A DNA stretch of 64,000 bases from Flavobacteriaceae bacterium (GTDB taxonomy: Bacteria > Bacteroidota > Bacteroidia > Flavobacteriales > Flavobacteriaceae), in contig OZ238266.1 in the NCBI GenBank assembly GCA_965178655.1, positions 1,578,295-1,642,294 on the forward strand, read 5' to 3'. This document shows positions 55,876 through 64,000 of the stretch, in pieces (the stretch's first letter is position 1; each line of letters begins with the position of its first letter). Below the pieces are notes generated by a model. That model saw only the letters and a program-made list of their open reading frames with translations, did no database searches and was not told the DNA's origin. The position numbers and the translations under genes are program-made.

Positions 55876-57030
55876 ATGAAAGTAGGAATTATAGGGTCAG
55901 GAACAATGGGGAGTGGTATTGCACAAGTAGCAGCAACCGCAGGATGCGCCGTTAAGATATATGATACCAATCAAAATGCTTTAGAAAAAAGTAGAGCGAG
56001 CTTAGAAAAAGTATTAGCCCGATTAGTTGTTAAAGCTAGAATTGATACCACTGAAAAAACGAGAATTCAAAGTAATATTTCATACGTAAGTAGTTTAAAA
56101 GACTTAGGAGATTCTAATTTAACTATTGAAGCTATAGTTGAAAATCTAACCATTAAACAAAAAGTGTTTTCGGAGTTAGAAACGTATGTTTCGGATAATT
56201 GCATTATTGCATCAAACACATCATCATTATCAATAGCCTCTATAGCAGCATCTTTGCAAAAACCAGAACGTTGTGTAGGAATTCACTTTTTTAATCCAGC
56301 ACCGTTAATGAAATTGGTAGAAGTCATACCAGCAATACAGACAAGCAATGAAGTGCTTGAGCAAGCAACAGCAATAATTACAGATTGGAAAAAAATAGTA
56401 GCTATTGCTAAAGATACTCCAGGGTTTATTGTTAACCGTGTTGCGCGTCCGTTTTATGGAGAAGCATTGCGTATTTATGAAGAAGGTCTGGCAGATTTCT
56501 CTACAATAGATTACGCTTTAAAAACCGTTGGAGGATTTAGAATGGGACCGTTCGAATTAATGGATTTTATAGGTAACGATGTTAATTACACGGTTACCGA
56601 AACAGTATTTACGGCATTTTATTTTGACCCGAGATACAAACCATCTTTTACACAAAAGCGCTTTTCTGAAGCAGGATATTTAGGACGAAAATCAGGAAAA
56701 GGATATTATGATTACAGTGAAAATGCAGTGAAACCTAGTCCTGTGAAAAATGATGCTTTAGCAGAGATTATTTTTAATAGAGTATTGGTAATGTTAATAA
56801 ACGAAGCCGCAGATGCACTGTTTTTAAATATTGCTTCTGCTGAAGATATAGATAATGCAATGACCAAAGGGGTTAATTACCCTAAAGGTTTACTGGCATG
56901 GGCAGATGAAAAAGGAATTGATTGGTGTGTTGAAAAACTTGATAGTATGTATAACGAATACCATGAAGACAGATACCGATGCTCTCCATTATTGCGAAAA
57001 ATGAACACTGAAAAAAGCACATTTTTTTAA
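55876..57030 (+). CDS. paaH: 3-hydroxyadipyl-CoA (3-hydroxyacyl-CoA) dehydrogenase
   Basis: GIIGSGTMGSGIA Rossmann motif. 3HCDH N- and C-domains. Confidence 0.85.
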   Translation: MKVGIIGSGTMGSGIAQVAATAGCAVKIYDTNQNALEKSRASLEKVLARLVVKARIDTTEKTRIQSNISYVSSLKDLGDSNLTIEAIVENLTIKQKVFSELETYVSDNCIIASNTSSLSIASIAASLQKPERCVGIHFFNPAPLMKLVEVIPAIQTSNEVLEQATAIITDWKKIVAIAKDTPGFIVNRVARPFYGEALRIYEEGLADFSTIDYALKTVGGFRMGPFELMDFIGNDVNYTVTETVFTAFYFDPRYKPSFTQKRFSEAGYLGRKSGKGYYDYSENAVKPSPVKNDALAEIIFNRVLVMLINEAADALFLNIASAEDIDNAMTKGVNYPKGLLAWADEKGIDWCVEKLDSMYNEYHEDRYRCSPLLRKMNTEKSTFF

Positions 57031-57031
57031 A

Positions 57032-57439
57032 ATGAATTCAAATAAAATAGTACAAAAAATGTATGATAGCGACCATTTTTCTAAATGGTTGGGTATACAT
57101 ATAGATGCTGTTTCTGCAGGAAGTTGTCAAGTATCTATGACTATTAAAAAAGAGATGTTAAATGGCTTTGGAATAGCGCACGGCGGAATAACGTATTCAT
57201 TGGCAGATACAGCTTTAGCCTTTGCTGCAAATACACATGGTAGACAAGCAGTTTCAATAGATACTGCAATTAATCATACAGAAGCTTTGCATGAAGGCGA
57301 TAAAATTATAGCAATTGCAACAGAAGAATCCTTAAAAAACAAATTCGGATTCTACAGCATAACAATAAAAAAGAATGATACCATTGTAGCTTTGTTTAAA
57401 GGCACTGTGTATCGCACAAATAAAAATTGGGAGGAATAA
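57032..57439 (+). CDS. paaI: Hotdog-fold thioesterase PaaI
   Basis: 135 aa. GIAHGGITYSLADTA motif. Confidence 0.85.
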   Translation: MNSNKIVQKMYDSDHFSKWLGIHIDAVSAGSCQVSMTIKKEMLNGFGIAHGGITYSLADTALAFAANTHGRQAVSIDTAINHTEALHEGDKIIAIATEESLKNKFGFYSITIKKNDTIVALFKGTVYRTNKNWEE

Positions 57440-57488
57440 AGTTTAAATATCCAAGTCTAAGATTGCTATAAAAACAAAATGTTACCCA

Positions 57489-57539
57489 GAACTTGTTTCA
57501 GGGTCTTAATATAAATATTTGAGATACTGAAACAAGTTC
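57489..57539. repeat. REP-like 13-bp inverted repeat GAACTTGTTTCAG...CTGAAACAAGTTC
   Basis: Perfect arms at 57489..57501 and 57527..57539 in the paaI-paaJ spacer. A related half-site (17/21 nt) lies at 39568..39588. Confidence 0.55.
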
Positions 57540-57605
57540 AGTATGACAGGCGAATGAATGCTGTTAGCGAAGATGGATATACAAACACTAAAATTTTAAA
57601 TTTAA

Positions 57606-58817
57606 ATGGAAGCATATATTATAGACGGAGTTCGTACTCCAATAGGGAAATACAAAGGAACCTTATCACCTGTAAGAACAGATGATTTAGGAGCGCTAGT
57701 GATAAAAGAAATTGCGGATAGAAATTCAAATATTCCTAAAGACGCTTATGATGATGTTATTATAGGTTGTGCCAACCAAGCCGGAGAAGATAACCGTAAT
57801 GTTGCACGTATGTCCTTACTGCTAGCAGGTTTACCATATACCGTTCCTGGCGAAACAGTAAACAGACTTTGTAGTTCTGGTTTGTCAGCAATTATACATG
57901 CTAATAGAGCAATTAAAGCAGGCGATGGAGATGTGTTTATAGCAGGAGGAGTAGAACACATGACACGTGGTCCGTTAGCAATTTCAAAACCAGCAACAGG
58001 ATTTGGTGGAGACTCTAAAATGTATGATACCACTTTTGGATGGCGTTTTGTAAATAAAAAAATGCATACTATGTACGGTACAGATGGCATGGGTGTTACT
58101 GCTGAAAATTTAGTAGAAAAATATAATATTTCTCGTGAAGATCAAGATGCTTTTGCTTACCGTAGTCAAATGAAAGCTACAAAAGCACAAGAGTCAGGAC
58201 GATTTGCTAAAGAAATTGTAGCAGTTGAAATTCCACAGCGAAAAAAAGACCCAATCATTTTTGCAAATGATGAGTTTATAAAACCAACCACAACCCCAGA
58301 AATACTAGCAAAGCTACGCGGCGCTTTTAAAAAAGAAGGCGGTAGTGTAACAGCAGGTAATGCATCGGGATTAAATGATGGTGCTGCTGCAACAATTATA
58401 GCTTCAGAAGCTGCAGTAAAAAAATACGGACTAACACCAATGGCACGTATTGTAAGCTCAGCAGTAGTAGGGGTAGAGCCAAGAATTATGGGTATAGGCC
58501 CTGTAAATGCCTCCAATAAAGCTTTAGAAAAAGCAGGATTAACTATGAGTGATATGGATGTTATTGAGCTAAACGAAGCTTTTGCAGCACAAAGTTTAGC
58601 ATGCATTCGCGAATGGGGATTAGCAGATGATGATGCTCGTATTAATCCAAACGGCGGCGCAATTGCAATAGGCCACCCATTAGGGGTTACAGGTGCAAGA
58701 ATAGCCTATTCTGCAGCAGTAGAATTGCAACAAAAAAATAAGCGTTACGCACTAATTACCATGTGTATTGGTGTAGGACAGGGTTATGCTGCAATTATTG
58801 AAAACACAAATATATAA
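57606..58817 (+). CDS. paaJ: 3-oxoadipyl-CoA/3-oxo-5,6-dehydrosuberyl-CoA thiolase
   Basis: Thiolase motifs NRLCSSGL, NPNGGAIAIGHPLG and CIGVGQG. Confidence 0.9.
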   Translation: MEAYIIDGVRTPIGKYKGTLSPVRTDDLGALVIKEIADRNSNIPKDAYDDVIIGCANQAGEDNRNVARMSLLLAGLPYTVPGETVNRLCSSGLSAIIHANRAIKAGDGDVFIAGGVEHMTRGPLAISKPATGFGGDSKMYDTTFGWRFVNKKMHTMYGTDGMGVTAENLVEKYNISREDQDAFAYRSQMKATKAQESGRFAKEIVAVEIPQRKKDPIIFANDEFIKPTTTPEILAKLRGAFKKEGGSVTAGNASGLNDGAAATIIASEAAVKKYGLTPMARIVSSAVVGVEPRIMGIGPVNASNKALEKAGLTMSDMDVIELNEAFAAQSLACIREWGLADDDARINPNGGAIAIGHPLGVTGARIAYSAAVELQQKNKRYALITMCIGVGQGYAAIIENTNI

Positions 58818-58859
58818 ACCAATAAACGTAAAAGTTTAGAGCAGATTACATTTATTAAT

Positions 58860-61355
58860 ATGAACAAATTAGAAAACTACATAAACGGTCACTGGGTAGC
58901 AGGAGCAGGTAATGGAACACCAATGTTCGATGCTGTAACGGGAGAAATCATAGGGCACTCAACAACAGAAGGTTTAGATATTCCAAACGTTTTGCAATAC
59001 GGTAGAACTAAAGGTGGTGAAAAGTTGCGTAAAATGACTTTTCAGGAGCGTGGAAATATGTTAAAATCTTTAGCACTTTATTTAACCAAACGTAAAAATG
59101 AATTCTATGAATTAAGTTACCGCACAGGAGCAACCCGTGTAGATAGTTGGATTGATATTGAAGGTGGTTTTGGAAACTTATTTGCCAATGCTTCTTTACG
59201 TAAACTATTCCCTAACCAACCTTTTCATGTAGAAGGAGATCCAATAGATTTATCTAAAGGAGGGCGCTTTATGGCACATCATATTCTAGTGCCTAAAAAA
59301 GGGGTAGCCGTTCATATTAATGCTTTTAACTTTCCTATTTGGGGAATGTTAGAAAAATGTGCAGTAAACTGGATGGCAGGTATGCCAGCAGTAGTATTAC
59401 CAGCACCACAAACAGCATATTTAACTGAAGCCGTAGTACGTGTAATTGTTAATTCAGGAATCCTTCCGGAAGGCGCTTTACAATTGTTAAGCGGTATGAC
59501 TAAAAACATATTAGATACTGTTGAGTCTCAAGATGTAGTAACATTTACGGGGTCGGCACATACAGGACGTATATTAAAAGCACACCCAAGATTAGTACAA
59601 GAAGCAGTGCCGTTTACTATGGAAGCAGATTCTCTAAATTGCTCTATACTAGGAAAAGATGCTGTGCCAGGAACTCCAGAATTTGATTTATTTGTAAAAG
59701 AAGTTCGCAAAGAAATGACGGTGAAAACCGGACAAAAATGTACGGCAATTCGTCGTATAATGGTGCCTGAAAATTTAGTAGAAGATGTGCAGGTAGCTCT
59801 AGCAAAACAACTAGATAAAGTCACTATAGGAGACCCACGCTTAAAAGAAGTTAGAATGGGGGCTTTGGTTAGTAAGGCACAAGTTGAAAGTGTTAAAAAT
59901 CAAGTGGCTGCATTATCAAAAACCGCAAAATTGGTTTATGGTAATTTAGAAGAGGTCAATACAATTGGTGCAGATGCTAATAAGGGCGCATTTATGAGTC
60001 CTGTTGTGTTACGAGAAGACAATCCGTTTAAAAATACAGCAGTACATGAGCTTGAAGCGTTTGGACCAGTAAGCACAATAATGCCATACAAAGATTTAGA
60101 CGAAGCAGTTCAATTAGCACAAATGGGTAAAGGTTCTTTAGTGTCATCTATTTTTACATTCGATGATAAAATTGCAAGCGATTATATTGTAGAGGCAGCA
60201 TCACATCACGGACGTATTTTAGTAGGAAACCGTGAAAATGCAAAAACAAGTACCGGACACGGGTCACCATTACCACAACTTACTCACGGCGGGCCTGGTA
60301 GAGCAGGAGGAGGAGAAGAAATGGGTGGTATGCGTGGTGTAAAACACTACATGCAGCGCTGTGCCATTCAGGGTACACCAACAACATTAACCGAAGTTAC
60401 TGGAATTTATCAGCCAAATGCCGATTATAAAGAAACAGATAAGCACCCTTTTGCATACCACTGGGAAGATATAAAACCAGGTATGTCATTAAAAACACAT
60501 AACCGTACCGTAACAGATACCGATATTATTAATTTCGGAAACCTGACTTGGGATCATTTTTATGCCCATACAGATATAACATCTTTAGAAGGAAGTATTT
60601 TTGAAAAACGTACTGCTCACGGATACTTTATTATTGCCGCAGCCGCAGGGTTGTTTGTGTATCCCAATAAAGGACCAGTAGCTGCAAATTACGGATTGGA
60701 AGAGTGTAGGTTTTTACGCCCTATATATCATAACGATACTATTTACGTGCGTTTAACCTGTAAGGAACGTGTTGACCGTGATTCACGAGGTACTGAATTG
60801 CCAAGTGGTATTGTAAAATGGTTTGTAGAGGTTTTTGATCAAGAAGATGAATTAGTTGCCGTGGCAACAATTTTAACAATGGTTCAAAAAAAGAGTCCAT
60901 TTGCAGTAATATCAAAAAAAACAATAGCAAGTTATTTAGATAAACTTACCAAAAGCACAAAAGCACAATGGGGCGATATGAACGCTCAACAAATGGTAGA
61001 ACATTTAGAGTATTCGTTACGTGTAGCTTCAGAAGATGTTAAGAATGTAGCCATTGAAACTCCTGAAAAAATACTAGAAAAAGTACACGAAACAATTTAT
61101 ACACATGATCCAATGCCTAAAAATTATAAGGCGCCAAAAGTGTTAGAAAACCAATTGGCAAGTGTGCAATATCAAAATTTAGAAGAAGCAAAGGCTAAAC
61201 TATTAGAGGCTTATGCCAATTTTGAAATATATTTTAAGGATAACTCAGAGATAAGAACTACGAATTCCGTTTTTGGAAACCTTACAAAATTTGAATGGGA
61301 TTTAACCCACACAAAACATTTCAATCATCATTTTAAACAATTTGGATTGTTGTAA
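58860..61355 (+). CDS. paaZ: Bifunctional PaaZ (aldehyde dehydrogenase plus MaoC hydratase) with an extra C-terminal DUF1569/DinB-like domain
   Basis: ALDH region to about aa 510, MaoC hotdog region to about aa 680, then 150 aa with AQWGDMNAQQMVEHL and FGNLTKFEWDLTHTKHFNHHFKQFG. Confidence 0.9.
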   Translation: MNKLENYINGHWVAGAGNGTPMFDAVTGEIIGHSTTEGLDIPNVLQYGRTKGGEKLRKMTFQERGNMLKSLALYLTKRKNEFYELSYRTGATRVDSWIDIEGGFGNLFANASLRKLFPNQPFHVEGDPIDLSKGGRFMAHHILVPKKGVAVHINAFNFPIWGMLEKCAVNWMAGMPAVVLPAPQTAYLTEAVVRVIVNSGILPEGALQLLSGMTKNILDTVESQDVVTFTGSAHTGRILKAHPRLVQEAVPFTMEADSLNCSILGKDAVPGTPEFDLFVKEVRKEMTVKTGQKCTAIRRIMVPENLVEDVQVALAKQLDKVTIGDPRLKEVRMGALVSKAQVESVKNQVAALSKTAKLVYGNLEEVNTIGADANKGAFMSPVVLREDNPFKNTAVHELEAFGPVSTIMPYKDLDEAVQLAQMGKGSLVSSIFTFDDKIASDYIVEAASHHGRILVGNRENAKTSTGHGSPLPQLTHGGPGRAGGGEEMGGMRGVKHYMQRCAIQGTPTTLTEVTGIYQPNADYKETDKHPFAYHWEDIKPGMSLKTHNRTVTDTDIINFGNLTWDHFYAHTDITSLEGSIFEKRTAHGYFIIAAAAGLFVYPNKGPVAANYGLEECRFLRPIYHNDTIYVRLTCKERVDRDSRGTELPSGIVKWFVEVFDQEDELVAVATILTMVQKKSPFAVISKKTIASYLDKLTKSTKAQWGDMNAQQMVEHLEYSLRVASEDVKNVAIETPEKILEKVHETIYTHDPMPKNYKAPKVLENQLASVQYQNLEEAKAKLLEAYANFEIYFKDNSEIRTTNSVFGNLTKFEWDLTHTKHFNHHFKQFGLL

Positions 61356-61402
61356 TAAAATAAAACGAATCCGCAACAAATGCGGATTGACAAATAAAAA
61401 AT

Positions 61403-62155
61403 ATGACTAAAGAATACGTAAAACAAAACATTGAAAACGGAGTAGCAACGATTGAGTTTTTTCATCCAGCGCATAATTCACTACCAGGACATATACTATC
61501 GCAATTAGCAGAAACAATTACCGCAGCAGGAACAAACGCTGAGATAAAAGTAATTGTATTAAAAAGTGGCGGTGCAAGAACATTTTGTGCAGGCGCAAGT
61601 TTTAAAGAACTAATGACAATAAACGATGCAGAAACAGGAAAAATATTTTTCTCAGGATTTGCAAACGTTATAAACGCAATGCGTAAATGTCCAAAATTTA
61701 TAATCGGACGCATACAAGGAAAAACCGTAGGTGGCGGTGTAGGAATTGCTTCTGCAACAGATTATTGTATGGCCTCTAAATTTGCAGCTATTAAATTGAG
61801 TGAGTTAAATGTAGGTATTGGCCCGTTTGTAGTTGGTCCTGCAGTACAAAGAAAACTAGGACTTACAGGAATGTCGCAAATTGCTATTGATGCCAACTCA
61901 TTTTATTCAGCAGAATGGGCACAAGCAAAAGGCTTATTTGCTCAAGTATATGATACTACAGAACTTTTAGATGAAGCAGTACAGGCCTTTGCAGAAAACT
62001 TGTGTACATATAACCCAGAAGCTATGTCAGAAATGAAAAAAATGATGTGGGAAGGTACAGAACATTGGGATACACTATTGGCAGAACGTGCTATTATTTC
62101 CGGACGATTAGTTTTATCTGATTTCACAAAAGAAACATTGAAAAGGTTTAAATAA
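61403..62155 (+). CDS. Enoyl-CoA hydratase/isomerase family protein (PaaF candidate)
   Basis: 250 aa crotonase fold (FCAGASF, GKTVGGGVGIASATD). Located in the paa cluster. Confidence 0.75.
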   Translation: MTKEYVKQNIENGVATIEFFHPAHNSLPGHILSQLAETITAAGTNAEIKVIVLKSGGARTFCAGASFKELMTINDAETGKIFFSGFANVINAMRKCPKFIIGRIQGKTVGGGVGIASATDYCMASKFAAIKLSELNVGIGPFVVGPAVQRKLGLTGMSQIAIDANSFYSAEWAQAKGLFAQVYDTTELLDEAVQAFAENLCTYNPEAMSEMKKMMWEGTEHWDTLLAERAIISGRLVLSDFTKETLKRFK

Positions 62156-62193
62156 GGCAGGCATCTCACAGATAGTAAGTAGGTAATTAAAAT

Positions 62194-62790
62194 ATGATAT
62201 ATTCATTTAAAGGATTTATTCCTGTAGTTCATAAAAGTAGTTTTGTGCACCCGCAAGCTACTATTATCGGAAATGTAACCATCGGAAAAGATTGTTACAT
62301 AGGTCCAGGCGCTGTTATACGTGGCGATTGGGGAGAGATTATATTAGAAGATGGTGTAAACGTGCAAGAAAATTGTACAGTACACATGTTTCCAGGAAAA
62401 TCAATAACCCTTAAAAAAAGTGCCCATGTAGGACATGGTGCAGTGATTCATGGCGCAAACTTAGGAGAAAATTGCCTAATAGGAATGAATTCGGTTATTA
62501 TGGATGATGCTACTATAGGTAAAGAATGTATTGTTGGAGCCATGTCATTTGTAAAGGCAAATGAGTTATTTGAACCTAGACAATTAATAGTTGGTAATCC
62601 AGCAAAAGCAATCAAAACCATTTCAGATGATATGATGGCTTGGAAAACTAAAGGAACACAACTATACCAACAACTTCCGGCCGATTGTCATGCTACCATG
62701 AAAGCAGTAGAACCCTTACGAGAAAAGCCAAAAAACACCCCAAAACAAGACGCGTTTTACAATACATTAAACGATTTTTTAAAGACATAA
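62194..62790 (+). CDS. paaY: PaaY, hexapeptide-repeat (gamma-carbonic-anhydrase-like) thioesterase
   Basis: Collinear by eye with E. coli PaaY (..PVV...SFVHP.A..IG.V.IGK..Y.GP.A..RGD.G.I....G.N.Q.NC..H......AWK.KGT..YQ...........EPLRE). Confidence 0.85.
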   Translation: MIYSFKGFIPVVHKSSFVHPQATIIGNVTIGKDCYIGPGAVIRGDWGEIILEDGVNVQENCTVHMFPGKSITLKKSAHVGHGAVIHGANLGENCLIGMNSVIMDDATIGKECIVGAMSFVKANELFEPRQLIVGNPAKAIKTISDDMMAWKTKGTQLYQQLPADCHATMKAVEPLREKPKNTPKQDAFYNTLNDFLKT

Positions 62791-62795
62791 TTACG

Positions 62796-63551
62796 ATGAT
62801 AGAAAAGGTTTTAGAAGCACTGAACCCCTTAAGAGAGCAATTAGTGCAACACCCCTTATACACACAGATTCATACCAGAAAAGATGTGCAGAAATTTACT
62901 GAAACACATGTGTTTGCAGTATGGGACTTTATGTCGCTATTAAAAGCATTACAACAGCATTTAACAGGTGTAGCACTGCCGTGGACACCTACAAAAAACC
63001 CTGTTACGAGACGCTTTATTAATGAAATTGTATTTGGCGAAGAAAGTGATGTTGATAGAAATGGCGTAGCTATGAGTCATTATGAAATGTACTTAGAAGC
63101 TATGCAGCAATTAGGCGCAAGTACCAATCAGGTGACCCAATTTGTTGCTCAAATTCAAAACGGAAATACAATTTCCCAAGCATTTAACACAATTAAAGCA
63201 AACCCAGTTGTAGAGGCATTTATAAACTTTACTTTTGAAGTAATTGCTACTCAAAAACCACATGTTATTGCAGCAGTATTTACCTTTGGTAGAGAAGATT
63301 TAATACCAGACATGTTTATTGAGCTTGTAAAAGGATTAGGAACAGCATCAGAAACCGACAAGCTTATTTATTACCTAGAACGCCATATAGAGCTAGATGG
63401 AGATGAACATGGACCAATGAGCTTAAAAATGATTGAAGAACTTTGTGGAGATGATAACCAAAAATGGGAAGAAGCAATTCACTATAGCAAACAAGCCTTA
63501 CAACAGCGTATATTATTATGGAACCATATTTTAGAAAATAAGGAATTGTAA
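62796..63551 (+). CDS. DUF3050-like (heme-oxygenase-like fold) protein
   Basis: HVFAVWDFMSLLKALQ and YLERHIELDGDEHGPMS motifs. ATG at 62796 is used instead of the track's 62685 start, which overlaps paaY. Confidence 0.65.
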   Translation: MIEKVLEALNPLREQLVQHPLYTQIHTRKDVQKFTETHVFAVWDFMSLLKALQQHLTGVALPWTPTKNPVTRRFINEIVFGEESDVDRNGVAMSHYEMYLEAMQQLGASTNQVTQFVAQIQNGNTISQAFNTIKANPVVEAFINFTFEVIATQKPHVIAAVFTFGREDLIPDMFIELVKGLGTASETDKLIYYLERHIELDGDEHGPMSLKMIEELCGDDNQKWEEAIHYSKQALQQRILLWNHILENKEL

Positions 63552-63626
63552 TAACTGAGTTTTTTTAGTAATTTTACACCACACAAACTAACAGTTGTTA
63601 GTTACCAGATAAATAGCATATAATTT

Positions 63627-64000
63627 ATGGCAACAATAGAGTTAAAAATGCCCAAAATGGGAGAGAGTATTAATGAAGCAACAATTATTAATTGGTTGTT
63701 TCAGGAGGGTGATACTATTGTTGTTGATGAAACAGTATTAGAGGTGGCTACTGATAAGGTAGACTCCGAAGTGCCTTCGCCATGTAATGGAGTGCTTACA
63801 AAGATACTTGTGCAAGTAAATGATGTTGTTCCGGTTGGTGCTGTAATGGCTATAATAGAAACCAATGAAACGGTTGCATCTACTTCTAAAAAAGAGGACG
63901 TTATTCCGGCGGTATCACCATCTATAAAAACAACGACAGTTGTAAAAAAGGATAATAATTTTCAAGTAAAGAATAGCCCTGATTCAGAAGCTTTTTTATC
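63627..64000 (+). CDS. 2-oxo acid dehydrogenase E2 (lipoyl domain), 5' part only
   Basis: Hand translation MATIELKMPKMGESINEATIINWLFQEGDTIVVDETVLEVATDKVDSEVPSP.. Runs off the window. Confidence 0.8.
   Translation, partial: MATIELKMPKMGESINEATIINWLFQEGDTIVVDETVLEVATDKVDSEVPSPCNGVLTKILVQVNDVVPVGAVMAIIETNETVASTSKKEDVIPAVSPSIKTTTVVKKDNNFQVKNSPDSEAFL

Noticed and set aside
62685-62795. The track's long start for the DUF3050 ORF, overlapping paaY by 106 nt
   Set aside because: The N-terminal 37 residues are basic and low-complexity and overlap the conserved PaaY C-terminus. An ATG at 62796, 5 nt after the paaY stop, gives a sensible start (MIEKVLEALNPL).

Overview
Low-GC chromosome segment from a Bacteroidota, probably Flavobacteriia, organism. 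The assignment rests on a TAnnTTTG-type -7 promoter box, weak Shine-Dalgarno signals, and GSCFA, GH3, DUF2797 and lipoprotein-rich gene content.

Gene order, left to right:
- TetR-TolC-MFP-RND efflux operon (minus strand; the RND gene runs off the left edge).
- Polyprenyl synthase.
- A TonB-dependent receptor, a Met/His-motif lipoprotein and a small Cys protein, directly downstream of a complete clade-II-type N2O reductase cluster (fasciclin, cytochrome c, nosZ, nosB-like, nosL, nosD, nosF, nosY; all minus strand).
- sucA-sucB.
- A ~4.5 kb very AT-rich accessory islet.
- polA, a metallophosphoesterase, a Cys-less thioredoxin-fold protein, PiT, serS, a LuxE-like protein, tyrS, GH3 divergent from DUF2797, ComEC, tRNA-Asp, era, der, MerR with an M23 peptidase, alaS, GSCFA.
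- A TetR plus ABM pair, then a full phenylacetate (paa) catabolic cluster: paaE-A-B-C-D-G-H-I-J-Z, a hydratase, paaY and DUF3050.
- The start of a lipoyl-E2 gene.

The most unusual part is the sucB-polA islet.
- Three same-orientation copies of a ~129-nt structured intergenic repeat, plus short end fragments at both islet borders, cut it into gene-sized cassettes. The cassettes hold a secreted protein, an HTH-PIN toxin-antitoxin pair, a Zn-ribbon/DUF559 nuclease and small ORFs.
- The central hairpin of the repeat is kept by compensatory changes.
- A 668-nt gene-free tract next to it carries CTAGTAT motifs phased at 22 nt.
- I read this as a possible integron- or rAID-like cassette array or a novel recombination or regulatory element. 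No recombinase is visible in this window.

Secondary leads:
- A putative copper-import module for NosZ, bracketed by an exact 17-bp direct repeat.
- A perfect CRP-type palindrome between nosZ and nosB.
- A PaaZ-DUF1569 (DinB-like) fusion.

All calls come from reading the sequence and the ORF translations by eye. No database search was run.
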